Below are positions 36,801 through 46,011 of a DNA stretch of 58,430 nt, piece after piece. The stretch is from positions 1-58,430 of the forward strand of contig CAZYBR010000001.1 of NCBI GenBank assembly GCA_964645905.1, given 5' to 3'. The notes below the pieces were generated by a model. The model had not been told where the DNA came from and ran no database searches. It saw only the letters and a list, made by a program, of their open reading frames with translations. The stretch is from an uncultured archaeon (lineage in GTDB: Archaea > Aenigmatarchaeota > Aenigmatarchaeia > CG10238-14 > SCSR01). A program made the position numbers and the translations under genes. The first letter of the stretch is position 1; each line of letters begins with the position of its first letter.

Positions 36801-37620
36801 CGATGAAGTGAAAGAACAATTGCAAGAAATGGTAGAATGGCCTCTGAAGAGTCCTGATTCGTTCGAAAGATTGGGCATATCGCCACCGAGGGGAATATTA
36901 TTGTACGGGCCGCCTGGGACTGGCAAGACATTATTGGCGAAGGCTGTGGCGAACGAGGCCGGAGCGAATTTCATTTCTATAAAAGGCCCAGAAATGTTTT
37001 CCAAATGGGTCGGCGAATCAGAAAAAGCGATAAGGGACGTGTTCAGAAGAGCGAGGCAAGTCGCGCCTGCTATAATTTTTCTGGACGAGATCGATGCGAT
37101 CGCGCCGAGAAGAGGAATGTACAGCGGAAGCGGCGTAACAGAAACTGTTGTCGCGCAATTATTGTCAGAGATTTCCGGATTGGAGGAATTGAAAGGTGTG
37201 GTCGTGATGGCTGCGACGAACCGTCCCGACATTGTCGATTCTGCATTATTGCGGCCTGGAAGGTTTGACAGGATGGTCTTGGTCCCTGCGCCGGATATTA
37301 AATCACGATTGGAAATTTTCAAGGTGCATACTAAAAAGATGCCGCTTACAAAGGACGTTGACCTGAAAGAATTGGCAAGGAAGACTGAAGGGTTCTCTGG
37401 GGCAGACATAGAGTCATTGTGCAGGGAAGCTGGAATGGAATCCTTGAGGGAAGACAAGAAGAGCAAGGAAGTCAAGATGAAGCATTTCGATAAAATGCTT
37501 GCGGGTATCACACCTAGTGTGACAAGAGACGTGGTAAACTATTATGAAAAATTCTCGGAAAGGAAAAAAAAGACGGACAGGGGAGAAGAAAAGGACGCCA
37601 CACCTAGATACATCGGATAG
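33817..37620 (+). CDS. cdc48: Cdc48/VCP-type double AAA+ ATPase, intein-containing precursor (1267 aa; 764 aa after splicing)
   Basis: Cdc48 N-domain ([21 protein letters not shown]...), two GPPGTGKT Walker A sites, two DEID Walker B sites. The D1 sequence ...MSKWYGE | intein | [12 protein letters not shown]... is restored by removing residues 291-793. Confidence 0.9.
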   Translation: MAEQTNEVRLKVGELTAREEAGRGIVRIDSNTMSKLQVKEGDVIEIEGSKISAAIAVRSYPADVGLNIIRMDGITRRNVGSGVGEYVKLRKAEVKEAKSVTLAPAQKGIMIHISPNLIKQNIFMRPMVKGDIISPSPVGRRRSSGLFEDFFGMDIEEFFPSFTPFSGDIKFIVVNTSPAGVVKIGEITELEILPQLPESMKLEDRAVPTVTYEDVGGIREIIHKVREMIELPLRHPELFERLGIEPPKGVLLYGPPGTGKTLLAKAVANESGAYFISISAPEIMSKWYGESLPYDEKILVSEKGMVKRKPIGEVVESGNKDIQVLSFDEQGKIRFAKVTDLIKHKNTGKLLEVVTKSGRKIKVTDYHSLFTLDGGKIKSIRTSELIPKKSFIAVPRFIPQAGTNLEEINILDSLKENDLGLVTRNVQGYVKRAIEKIGADRVAGILKCNKNYIWFILNKNIGIRISKFMKLMEAGNVTINDDVRIYSRTKSLPAKIKLTDDFLTFLGLWVAEGSYTKNGNVRLTVHRKEASDVKALCERLFGKVAEYEYKENATDIYISSTVLYKVMKDVLGLMGGARNKHAPDIVFNLSKEKVAAFLTGYLSGDGSIYANQHGVPQIEASTASEKLADDLMHLFLYFGIIAKTYDRKNEDAKRVVLTGVDNLLKFKQIGFIDWKKNSMVTDYLTNVAWKRSDQIPSGGLDPIISHIPQIKQWANSETIGRGILGQVADMDTAIEYGLDEDLMQDAIRLVSNDIYWDRVEEIKEINNEKYVYDISVSPSENFLAGFGGIFAHNSEQNIKRIFEEAEKNAPAIIFIDEIDAIAPKREEVSGEVERRVVSTLLTQMDGLKKRGKVIVIAATNRPNSLDSAIRRAGRFDREIEFPVPDREGRLDIFKIHTRNMPMAKDVDLNHLSEITYGFVGSDIWAVGKEAAMSALRRVLPEIKWKEDEELPKEIIEKLIVTKDDFEDALRIVEPSAMREVMVEIPNVKWEDIGGLDEVKEQLQEMVEWPLKSPDSFERLGISPPRGILLYGPPGTGKTLLAKAVANEAGANFISIKGPEMFSKWVGESEKAIRDVFRRARQVAPAIIFLDEIDAIAPRRGMYSGSGVTETVVAQLLSEISGLEELKGVVVMAATNRPDIVDSALLRPGRFDRMVLVPAPDIKSRLEIFKVHTKKMPLTKDVDLKELARKTEGFSGADIESLCREAGMESLREDKKSKEVKMKHFDKMLAGITPSVTRDVVNYYEKFSERKKKTDRGEEKDATPRYIG
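34687..36195 (+). mobile_element. Intein (503 aa) with a LAGLIDADG homing-endonuclease domain, inserted in Cdc48 D1
   Basis: Starts [10 protein letters not shown] (Ser1). Block [11 protein letters not shown] (TxxH). LAGLIDADG motifs [10 protein letters not shown] and [11 protein letters not shown]. Ends ...GIFAHN, followed by Ser+1. Excision recreates the canonical YGESEQ. Confidence 0.85.
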
Positions 37621-37654
37621 ATATTTTTAATATAAGGAAACGCCAAATACTTGT

Positions 37655-40504
37655 ATGCGGAATCTCGCTGCCATAATGGCGATTTCAATCTTGCTCATAT
37701 CATCATTTTATTCTCCGATTGTCTTGGCACAGGAAACGCCTCCTCCGTCAGCAACAACTTCAGGAACTGGCGGGGCAACAAGCACCAGTGGAACAACTAC
37801 AACAACTTCCTCAACGGCGACACCCAGTACATCTGAAACAAGCTCAGGATCCACACAAACAACTTCTTCAGGAACTGGAACTACATCAGGATCAACTGGC
37901 CAGACAAGTGGAACACAAACAAGTGGAACTACAGGGACAAAATCCTCATCGGAAGGCACTGTGCCTCCAGCAACTCAACCGCTGGTAGGCACACCTCTAA
38001 ATGAGCCACCTAGGACTGAAACAAAACCTCCAATAGAAGGTCAGAATGTATGTCCGCCTTCGCCGCAACCGCCGGCATGCGGAGAAAATCAAGGAGTGAT
38101 ACCACGTTTTGACGCCAATAAATGCATATCGGGCTATGATTGCAAAGAAATACCAAAAGCGACTGGCGGAGAAGGATCAGTGTGCCCGCAGATTCCACCG
38201 CCAAGCATATCATGCCAGCCCAATGAAAGACTGAATAAAGCCACTGACGACAAAGGATGTGTCATTGGTTTCAATTGTGTGTCATCATCGGCAACAAGTG
38301 CGACCACGACTCCGCAATCTCAACAATGTCCGGCTGCCCCAGAAAAACCAGCATGCCAAGGAAGTGTAGCACCGGTTTTTGATAGAGGATGTTTGATTTC
38401 TTATACATGCGTGCCTGAAGGGTGCAGACAAGAGACTGATGCTTCAGGATTCGTTCGTGTTGTTTGTTCACAAGAAAAAGTTTGTCCGGCTGGTGACCAG
38501 CAGAAGCAGCTAGTCGACAATTGTAAAGCTCAAGGCGGTAATCCTCTTGCATCGCATGATGCTAATGGATGTACATTTTATGATTGCAGGTTCGACAATA
38601 GAGAGTCAAATCCAAATCCGATATCTGGCCATAGGTCGTGTCCGACACCAGAAAAAATAAACGAGGAAGGGACGCTATGCAGGCAATCAGGTTTAAATCC
38701 TGGAATCTCATATGAAGGCGGATGTAAAGTTGTCAGGTGCTCGCAGGAAAGCGGACCGAGATGCGAATATATCCCAGAGTCGCAGAAAGCCAGGATAGAA
38801 AGCGAATGCTCCGCAAAAGGATTGCCGACCGTAAACTGGGTTGATAATAAGGGATGCGCCCTTTACAGATGCGGCGGTGAAGAAGGATCTGAATTTTCAT
38901 CATGCCAGAAAAATATCCCGTCAGAAGCGTATAAAGCTTGCAACGGCAAAGGGGGAGAGATGATAGTCAAAAATGACGCCCAAGGTTGCATCGTATTTTC
39001 ACAATGTGTTGCGCCTGGAAATAAAAATGATGCTTATGTATCACAAGTGGAGGAAGTCCCTGACACGACGGTTCTTCTCAGCCTGGCGTTGAAGCTGGAG
39101 AAGTTGAAAATCGAGCTGCAGAAGCTTGCATCTGAATCCAAGGAAATAGCCAAGTTTTACGAATCATCGGGATCGCTTGATGAAGAGAGATATACGAGAG
39201 TCTCTTCGATGTTCAGTGATGCGGCAGAAAGAGTTGATGAAATTAAAATAAAAATAAGGGGCAGTGCTGAAACTATCACTCCAGATGACTTGACAGAAAT
39301 AAAGCATGATATAAAGTACATCAAGGATGTCACGTTGAAAGATATTCTTTATCTGATGTTGAGCAACAGCGACGATGTGAAAGAGACTCTGGAAGCGAGT
39401 AGGAATATCAATGTGAACGAGCGTTCGATCGAAAAATTGGAAGCGAGCGTGAAGAGCTGTGCTACCGATGGTTCATGCTTTGATAAGGCGATAAGATCGT
39501 GCAAGCCTGTGTCGTTCCAGCCAGAAGGCAGAAACGGACCAAGCCTGACAATCAAGGGAATAAAGGATGGCGCATGTTTATTGCACGTTGTGATGCAGTC
39601 GGAAAACATGATACCGCCTGGATTTACGAAAGATGAATTCTATATGGAATGTGCGATCAAGAATTATGCGCTCGGTGTGAGGGGACCAGAAGATATCATC
39701 CCTAACTGTGAAGGTCCTATGGCTAAATTCGCAAAACAGTTTGGCGGCGGCGCACAGATTAGCGGAGGAGATGATGAATTCCAGAATATTCTAGAAACAG
39801 AAGGAGGACCGGGAGGATGCACAAATGAGAAAGAATGTGCGACTTATTGCATCGACAATTATGAAGAATGTAGAAGCTGGGTAAAAGAACATCCAGCAGT
39901 CGGGTCAATGCCGTCACGTGAAGAACTGCAGGACATCGCATCGGGCAAAGGACAGCAGTTGGAACGAAGACAAGGGCAACAATCGGGCGGCTTCGCAGGA
40001 CCTGGGGGATGTAAAGGGCCGCAAGAATGCGATAACTTTTGTAGAGATAATCCTGAAGAGTGCACTGAATGGTGTGAAGAAAATCCAGATATTTGTAAAG
40101 GCGCCCCGCCACAAAGCATACCGCAACAAGGAGGTCCTGGAGAATTCGGTTCGCGGGCAGCGTCGGGATCTCAGCCACAAGAATTTGGAGGACAAGGTTC
40201 CCGGTCTTCTGGAAGTGCGCAAGCGTGTGTAGGCTGTCTGAACAATGGCGTGTGTGATATCGGAGAATGTAGCGAATGTGGTGATTGCAGGTCTGGAACT
40301 GGTTTCACCGGACCTTCATCGAATATACGGCAAGGCCCTCAACAAGGATTCAATCAACCACAGCAGCAGGAATCCAACAGACAGCCTCAAGGAAACCAGC
40401 CGGGATTCCAGGAAGAGTTTAGACCTCCGCAGCAAACAAATCAACCGCCTCAAGGGTCTAGCCCGCAAGCACAACCAGTACCACAAACTAATTTACCACA
40501 ATAA
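37655..40504 (+). CDS. Large secreted Cys-rich modular protein (949 aa)
   Basis: Signal peptide (MRNLAAIMAISILLISSFYSPIVLAQE). Thr/Ser/Gly low-complexity spacer. Seven tandem 4-Cys modules, a coiled-coil middle, two GPGGC..EC...C....EEC..W modules, and a Gln/Pro-rich tail. Confidence 0.7.
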   Translation: MRNLAAIMAISILLISSFYSPIVLAQETPPPSATTSGTGGATSTSGTTTTTSSTATPSTSETSSGSTQTTSSGTGTTSGSTGQTSGTQTSGTTGTKSSSEGTVPPATQPLVGTPLNEPPRTETKPPIEGQNVCPPSPQPPACGENQGVIPRFDANKCISGYDCKEIPKATGGEGSVCPQIPPPSISCQPNERLNKATDDKGCVIGFNCVSSSATSATTTPQSQQCPAAPEKPACQGSVAPVFDRGCLISYTCVPEGCRQETDASGFVRVVCSQEKVCPAGDQQKQLVDNCKAQGGNPLASHDANGCTFYDCRFDNRESNPNPISGHRSCPTPEKINEEGTLCRQSGLNPGISYEGGCKVVRCSQESGPRCEYIPESQKARIESECSAKGLPTVNWVDNKGCALYRCGGEEGSEFSSCQKNIPSEAYKACNGKGGEMIVKNDAQGCIVFSQCVAPGNKNDAYVSQVEEVPDTTVLLSLALKLEKLKIELQKLASESKEIAKFYESSGSLDEERYTRVSSMFSDAAERVDEIKIKIRGSAETITPDDLTEIKHDIKYIKDVTLKDILYLMLSNSDDVKETLEASRNINVNERSIEKLEASVKSCATDGSCFDKAIRSCKPVSFQPEGRNGPSLTIKGIKDGACLLHVVMQSENMIPPGFTKDEFYMECAIKNYALGVRGPEDIIPNCEGPMAKFAKQFGGGAQISGGDDEFQNILETEGGPGGCTNEKECATYCIDNYEECRSWVKEHPAVGSMPSREELQDIASGKGQQLERRQGQQSGGFAGPGGCKGPQECDNFCRDNPEECTEWCEENPDICKGAPPQSIPQQGGPGEFGSRAASGSQPQEFGGQGSRSSGSAQACVGCLNNGVCDIGECSECGDCRSGTGFTGPSSNIRQGPQQGFNQPQQQESNRQPQGNQPGFQEEFRPPQQTNQPPQGSSPQAQPVPQTNLPQ

Positions 40505-40517
40505 CCAATGATAACAT

Positions 40518-40727
40518 ATGGCAAATAAAAATTTGATAATAATCGGACTTGTAGCAGTAATAATTGCCCTAGTTGTAGCTTTTGCTTTCTCCAATGAATT
40601 TGTAAATTTACCGGAGAGCTCCAAATACAAAAGCACTGAAGAAGTCTCAGGCGCGACAGTGGACATAGGAAGCGGCGTGGAAAACGTCGGGTCGACGCTC
40701 GAGGATATTGATAACGCGCTCAAATGA
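40518..40727 (+). CDS. Small membrane-anchored protein (69 aa)
   Basis: N-terminal TM helix (LIIIGLVAVIIALVVAFAF), then an acidic tail. Lies 13 nt downstream of the 949-aa gene. Confidence 0.4.
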   Translation: MANKNLIIIGLVAVIIALVVAFAFSNEFVNLPESSKYKSTEEVSGATVDIGSGVENVGSTLEDIDNALK

Positions 40728-40956
40728 ATTTAATTATCCTAGTATCCGTCCTGCGACATTTCTCTCTCGGTTCTTTTATTTTCCAATCCTTGTTCAACTG
40801 ATTGACAATGAGCTGGCTATCCGAGATTATTATGATATTTTTTTCTTGTATCTAAAGTCATATTTATAAGGAATGTGAAACTTTGTCCATTTTCATTTAG
40901 TTAATTATATTTATTACACTTTTTAATGTTGCTGTATCTACAGCAATAATAAAGCT

Positions 40957-41403
40957 TTACAGCAGTTTGTCTAACTCCTTATTAACTAATTTATCTACTT
41001 GAGCTATTTTAGAATGTGATCTGGGTAGATTTGAATACTTTATACTTTTATACATTTTTTCTTTATTTTTTACTTCTAAGAACAATTTTTTTAGATGCTT
41101 TTTCTTGATTTTAAATAAACCGTTTATTTGTTTAATTACCAATTGGCTATCAGAGAAGCATGAAATTTTATTTCTAGAGTATTTGACAGCTTCTTCTAGT
41201 GCCAGAATGATTGCTTTATACTCTGCAACATTATTTGTAGCTATACCTATATTTTTTGATTTCTCTATCAGGAGTTTTCTTTCGGCATCATAAATTGCAA
41301 ATCCTATTGCAGCATCACCAGGATTTCCTCTAGATCCACCATCTGTATAAATAAACAAAGATCTGACTTCAGAATGCATCTTATCAACCATATCAATCGT
41401 CAC
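40957..41403 (-). CDS. rnhA: Ribonuclease HI
   Basis: IYTDGGSRGNPGDAAIGF...NNVAEYKAIILALE...FSDSQLVIKQI gives the DEDD-type RNase H signature. Confidence 0.8.
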   Translation of the reverse strand: MTIDMVDKMHSEVRSLFIYTDGGSRGNPGDAAIGFAIYDAERKLLIEKSKNIGIATNNVAEYKAIILALEEAVKYSRNKISCFSDSQLVIKQINGLFKIKKKHLKKLFLEVKNKEKMYKSIKYSNLPRSHSKIAQVDKLVNKELDKLL

Positions 41404-41484
41404 ATAATACTTGGTTCTCTAAACAAAAATACAAAACTATATTTAAAGGAAAATTCAATTAGATTAAAGAAGGCTGAAAGAAAA

Positions 41485-42318
41485 ATGACGAGGATAATAG
41501 GGATAATTTCTGGTAAGGGTGGAGTAGGCAAGTCCACTGTCGCAATGAACCTTGCGCTGGCGCTGAAAAGATTCAAGAAGAACGTTGCTTTGGTCGATTG
41601 CAACCTTTCAACGCCGCATCTCAGCTATTATCTTGGCGCTACAGATTACATAGGCACTGTGAATGATGTGCTGAAAGACAAGATGGACATACAATCTGCA
41701 ATGTACAACTACAACGGCGTCAAATACCTGCCTGCCTCAGTGAAATTTGAAGACTTGGTCGGCGTAGACCTTATGAAATTCAAGAAGCACCTTACAAAAC
41801 TGGAGAAGAACATGGACTTTATACTTTTGGATGCTGCGCCTGGGCTGGGAAAGGAGGCTTTATTCGTCATGGACGCCAGCAAGGAGATTCTTTTTGTCAC
41901 ACTGCCGCACGTGCCGATGATATCAGACGTGATAAGATGCAGCGAGGTGTTGAAACAGTTCGGTGAGAAGAAAATAAGCATACTGCTCAACATGGTCACT
42001 TATGGGACACATGAATTGAAGAAGGATGTCATAGAAGAGGTCACTGGGCTGCCCGTGGTCGGCGAGATACCGCATGACAAGAATGTGATGCAGAGCATGA
42101 TACTGCGATACCCGTCGCTCGAATACAAGCCTGACAGCCTGTCAAGCATCAATTTTATGAGGATCGCCTCATTGATGACGGAGAAGGATTATGAAATCCC
42201 GATGAAGGTCAAGTGGCACAGGATGATGATGAACGTAAGGAATTTCGTGATGCCGAATCCTATCAAAATGTCCACAGACCCCGAAGAAATCAAGAAAGAG
42301 CTTTTGAGCAATTTTTAA
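41485..42318 (+). CDS. minD: MinD/ParA-family P-loop ATPase
   Basis: Deviant Walker A GKGGVGKST. The track start (41374) overlaps rnhA, so I trimmed to the ATG at 41485 (MTRIIGIISGKGGVGKST). Confidence 0.75.
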   Translation: MTRIIGIISGKGGVGKSTVAMNLALALKRFKKNVALVDCNLSTPHLSYYLGATDYIGTVNDVLKDKMDIQSAMYNYNGVKYLPASVKFEDLVGVDLMKFKKHLTKLEKNMDFILLDAAPGLGKEALFVMDASKEILFVTLPHVPMISDVIRCSEVLKQFGEKKISILLNMVTYGTHELKKDVIEEVTGLPVVGEIPHDKNVMQSMILRYPSLEYKPDSLSSINFMRIASLMTEKDYEIPMKVKWHRMMMNVRNFVMPNPIKMSTDPEEIKKELLSNF

Positions 42319-42334
42319 CTTAAAATCTGATTAT

Positions 42335-43105
42335 ATGCAAATCCTGAGAGGCGTGGGTAAATTCTTCGGCAGCTTTTTGTTCACAACATTCCTTGTACTC
42401 GCTATTATGATGGTGCAGCTTGTGGGCTTTACAAGCTATAGCAATTTCAATTCATTTGCCGGAGGAATTCTAGAGCAGCAAATATTTTCTCAAGCTAGTG
42501 AGAACAGTCTCTCTGATTTAAGAAATTACCTGATGTCACAATGCCATAATACCGACAGGGTTCAAGTGCCAATGGGCGGCAGTTTACCGATAGTTTTAAA
42601 ATGTGATGACGTCAATAATTCTGATAATGAAAAATTAAAGTCGTTGATAACTTCCACGATTACCGAAGGCATATATAACAAGCAGTACGACTGCTCATTC
42701 ATAAGCTGCATTCAAAGCAGTAACAAAGAGGACTTGTTATTTTTGGTCTCCAATCAAGGCAACCAGTTCTACGAGAATCTGCAATTATACATGTGGCTAG
42801 GAACGGCTGCCGGTCTGGCATTGCTGCTGGTTTCAACTGAAAAATGGCCCGGGAGGCTGAAAGGTGTGGGCATCAATCTTGTTGCAACTGGCGTGCCATT
42901 TCTATTGTTCGGGCTCGTACAGTCCAACATTTTAAGTGTCATACCGTCAGAATCGCTGTCGACGGTAGAGCCGATAATCAATAAACTGGCTTCGGATCTA
43001 AAAAATATTTTCTTGATAGTACTTGTTGTTGGAGCCGTTCTGCTGATCGCCGGCTATGCTTTAGGGTATTATCAATCTAAGAAGAATAAAGATAAGGACA
43101 AGTAA
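42335..43105 (+). CDS. Hypothetical polytopic membrane protein (256 aa)
   Basis: N-terminal and three C-terminal hydrophobic helices around a Cys-containing loop domain. Directly downstream of minD. Confidence 0.5.
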   Translation: MQILRGVGKFFGSFLFTTFLVLAIMMVQLVGFTSYSNFNSFAGGILEQQIFSQASENSLSDLRNYLMSQCHNTDRVQVPMGGSLPIVLKCDDVNNSDNEKLKSLITSTITEGIYNKQYDCSFISCIQSSNKEDLLFLVSNQGNQFYENLQLYMWLGTAAGLALLLVSTEKWPGRLKGVGINLVATGVPFLLFGLVQSNILSVIPSESLSTVEPIINKLASDLKNIFLIVLVVGAVLLIAGYALGYYQSKKNKDKDK

Positions 43106-43296
43106 TTTAACCTATGTAATTTATTTCCTTCTCGTGCTGTTTATGGATCTTGACGTACTTTTCTATCTGCTGTTCGACAAACTCCTCGAGTCTTTTCAGC
43201 CTTCGTATTCTCTGTATGTTCGGGTTCTGCCGTTTTATTTTGTGGATAGGATGAGAGTGCATGATATTATTTATACGTTAAAAGTAAAATACTAGT

Positions 43297-43722
43297 ATGA
43301 TAGTCAACGAAGTCATGAACAAGAATGTAGTTGTCGTAAAGAAGGACGCTACATTAAAACAGGCTTCTGAGGTCATGGCTAAGACAAGGATCGGCAGCTT
43401 GGTTGTTGTTGAAGGTACAAAGATATCAGGAATCATAACAAGCAGCGACATTATCAAGTCGATTGCTCAAGACAAGGTTCCTTCAAACACTTTAATCGGG
43501 GAAGTAATGTCAAAAAGAGTTTTCACAGTAGAGCCGGACACTAGCATAGAAGATGCGGTTGAAAAGATGGTTGACAACAAGATAAGGGAATTGCCTGTAG
43601 TTGAAAACAACAAAATAAAAGGCATCCTTACTGTGACTGACATTGCTGTTATCGAGCCGAAGTTGATTGCAAGCATTGCTCAGCTCTTATCGATGCAGTT
43701 TCCTGGATACAAGGGCGGATAA
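43297..43722 (+). CDS. CBS-domain pair protein
   Basis: Two CBS repeats (VMNKNVVVVKKDATL...GSLVVVE; VMSKRVFTVEPDTSI...RELPVVE). Confidence 0.8.
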   Translation: MIVNEVMNKNVVVVKKDATLKQASEVMAKTRIGSLVVVEGTKISGIITSSDIIKSIAQDKVPSNTLIGEVMSKRVFTVEPDTSIEDAVEKMVDNKIRELPVVENNKIKGILTVTDIAVIEPKLIASIAQLLSMQFPGYKGG

Positions 43723-43777
43723 GTTACAACTGCTCTAAATCAAAACTAAGTTTTATTTTATTTCCACAAATAAAAAT

Positions 43778-44674
43778 TTAAGACATGCCAGATCTTACTA
43801 TCTCGTCCCTCCACGTTCTGAATTCTTCGGCGGCTTTAACAGGATCGCGGGAGTTGTATACAGCTGAGCCGACTATAGCTGCTGATTTTGCGCCGCATAT
43901 TCTATAAAATTGCTCCAGTTGCTGCCGTGGACTAATATCGCTCGCGGCCTGCCTCCCAATTCCCACACCATATATAGGGTCTATTGTAAGCTCTCTATAC
44001 CGCTTTAATATGCTGGGCTTATTCGCTGGTCCTATAAAACCGTAAACGTCATAATATTTTCCAACCTCCATTGCCAAATCTGAGACAGTAGCCAGACGGG
44101 ATAAATCTAATTCTATATCCAACAACCTAAGAATTCTTTGGGTGTATTGTTTATCGATTGGCTGCGCAAAAAATAATTCCGCACCCACCCCGGACATGTA
44201 AGAAATAGCTAAGACCTCCCCACCTGTAATCTGGGCTACCTCGACACACTCCTGAAGACTTGATGTGCCGGGGAAAACATGGCAAGTTACATAGTCTGCT
44301 CCTGCTTTTATGAATTTCCGAATTATTTTAGCATTAGTTCCTTCCCACGATAACCTTTCATCGTTCCAAAATCCTATGTCAGCTACTTTAAGGTCAGCTA
44401 TTACTGGCTTACCGGTTATGTCCTTTACAGTTGAAACAAGATTCAAATCTCCTGACATATTAGCAACAGACAGTTTTGTAGCGTCGAAATACCTGTTAAC
44501 TTTTCTTACTGTAGTCAGGATTTGTTCGTACTCTTCGTCTTCCGCTAGCATCAGACCGTAATCTAGAATTTCTTCCGGTATTAACGGTAATAAGAGAAGA
44601 AAAGAATAAATATCTTCGGGTAAGCATGCAATGTCCGCAATGCAAACGAAAGGGTACTTTGAATTTATTACCAT
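43778..44674 (-). CDS. Orotidine-5'-phosphate decarboxylase family (PyrF-like) protein with an N-terminal extension
   Basis: KPVIADLKVADIG (DxKxxDI signature), ADYVTCHVFPG, and a C-terminal GVGIGRQ. The first ~60 codons may not be translated. Confidence 0.55.
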   Translation of the reverse strand: MVINSKYPFVCIADIACLPEDIYSFLLLLPLIPEEILDYGLMLAEDEEYEQILTTVRKVNRYFDATKLSVANMSGDLNLVSTVKDITGKPVIADLKVADIGFWNDERLSWEGTNAKIIRKFIKAGADYVTCHVFPGTSSLQECVEVAQITGGEVLAISYMSGVGAELFFAQPIDKQYTQRILRLLDIELDLSRLATVSDLAMEVGKYYDVYGFIGPANKPSILKRYRELTIDPIYGVGIGRQAASDISPRQQLEQFYRICGAKSAAIVGSAVYNSRDPVKAAEEFRTWRDEIVRSGMS

Positions 44675-44756
44675 GGTTGGGAATCATATATCGTTGCCGC
44701 AAATGCGACTATCAAGGTCCGATCGCCTTGAAGGAAGCCAAGAAAACGATAAAAAT

Positions 44757-45563
44757 CTAAGGATAGCTGCGGCTGAGAACGAGATTCCCATTACCGTCCC
44801 ATAAGAACAGTATATCGCCGCTGTTTGTCCAGACGCTTTTCTTATTTTTCCAGTACAGGTTGCTCGAGGTGTCCTTTCCATCGCCCGAAAACAGCGAGAG
44901 CGTGTCGTTTGATTTTATGCTGAGTTTTCCGAAAGTGTACTTGGTACGTCCGCTGTCTCTCACAACCCACCCGTTCAGGTTGACTGCGACATCACATGTG
45001 TTTGTGAAAGAGACGTACTCGTCATTCAGATTCTTATCGTCATTGCCTGCCGCATCATAATGGAAATTGGAAATAATCATGCAGCTTGTCATGTTCGCCA
45101 CATTCCAGATGCCTAGCTTGCTGTCTTTGGCATATTTCTGCGCCTTCATCAAATCAAGGTAATGCTCATCGTCTTCATTCAGTATGAAAGTGTTTGCATT
45201 TCCCTGTTTTATCATTTCGACATTGATGAGGGTGTCGTCAAGAAATACGTACCTTAATGAGCGGTTGTACTTGTCCCTGTCCTCAGGCCCTGATTCAAGT
45301 CTGACGTGCTTGCCTTGGATCAATTGCGCAAGGCTGTCCTTAGCATCATGATAATAATATTCACCCTTGTCTGGGGCATTTATTCCCAACAGCCGGACTG
45401 TCTCGCCGTTTGACAGGTCGATGGTGTCGCCGTCGATAACGCGCGTTACATTGAAAATCTCATCTTCTGTGTGTACGCCTGCTAATATGAAATATCCGGA
45501 AAAACTTGAGAAAGAAGTAAGAATAACCAAGCCGAGTATCAGCAGGATTTCTTTGAACTTCAC
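44757..45563 (-). CDS. Secreted staphylococcal-nuclease (SNase) domain protein fused to a lamin-tail domain
   Basis: Signal/anchor, then VTRVIDGDTIDLSNGETVRLLGINAPDKGE...RDKYNRSLRYVF (thermonuclease). C-terminus NDEYVSFTNTCDVAVNLNGWVVRDSG (LTD-like). Confidence 0.75.
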   Translation of the reverse strand: MKFKEILLILGLVILTSFSSFSGYFILAGVHTEDEIFNVTRVIDGDTIDLSNGETVRLLGINAPDKGEYYYHDAKDSLAQLIQGKHVRLESGPEDRDKYNRSLRYVFLDDTLINVEMIKQGNANTFILNEDDEHYLDLMKAQKYAKDSKLGIWNVANMTSCMIISNFHYDAAGNDDKNLNDEYVSFTNTCDVAVNLNGWVVRDSGRTKYTFGKLSIKSNDTLSLFSGDGKDTSSNLYWKNKKSVWTNSGDILFLWDGNGNLVLSRSYP

Positions 45564-45596
45564 ATATGAAATTGTTTTTTTGGGACAAAAGCTTGC

Positions 45597-45830
45597 TTAA
45601 CCAGCTTTGCCTTTCCCTGAAATTTTCACGCCTTCCTTGAAAGGCTCGTCGTCCTTTTTGCCGTACTGCTCTATGACATCGGAAAGAGGCTTGCTCCCCA
45701 TGTTATCCGCGCAGCTCTTGCAAACTGAGACTGCATTGTGAGAATCTTCGTCGCCGGCGGTGAAAACAGTCGATTTCTTCTTGCAGACAGAACATTTTCC
45801 TTCGAAAGTCCCGGAAATTTTCAATTTCAT
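45597..45830 (-). CDS. Small zinc-ribbon protein (77 aa)
   Basis: CSVC...(19 aa)...CKSC arrangement. No other motif. Confidence 0.45.
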   Translation of the reverse strand: MKLKISGTFEGKCSVCKKKSTVFTAGDEDSHNAVSVCKSCADNMGSKPLSDVIEQYGKKDDEPFKEGVKISGKGKAG

Positions 45831-46011
45831 AAGAATATTTTATTTTAAGCGCATAAATGCATTTGAAATTCGGCAAATTTTTCTTGATAACATTTATATG
45901 TAAGGAATGCGAAGTAATAATATAATTAAATGAGGTGTAAACTTTGGCAAAGAAAAAGAAAAAGCGATAATTTAAACTGAAATTTTTTAGTTTTTTTATT
46001 TTATTTTTTTC

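Noticed and set aside
36561-37511. 316-aa minus-strand ORF (with 36129..36560, 36334..36825 and 33993..34481)
   Set aside because: These are antisense to the Cdc48 D1/D2 domains. The translations are Ser-rich low-complexity sequence, typical of shadow frames in a strongly coding region.
37708-37988. Alternative-frame ORFs over the start of the 949-aa gene
   Set aside because: They are generated by the Thr/Ser/Gly-encoding low-complexity DNA (ACA/ACT/GGA repeats), which stays open in several frames. Only the frame with a signal peptide and Cys modules is credible.
41374-41484. N-terminal extension of the MinD ORF; likewise 19112..19246 ahead of the small membrane protein
   Set aside because: The extensions overlap rnhA and topA respectively and precede obvious native starts (MTRIIGIISGKGGVGKST and MPVQRKR...).
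43107-43262. 51-aa basic minus-strand ORF (MHSHPIHKIKRQNPNIQRIRRLKRLEEFVEQQIEKYVKIHKQHEKEINYIG)
   Set aside because: It is plausible as a small protein in an otherwise empty 190-nt gap. It has no motif and I cannot check conservation, so it is not reported as a feature.
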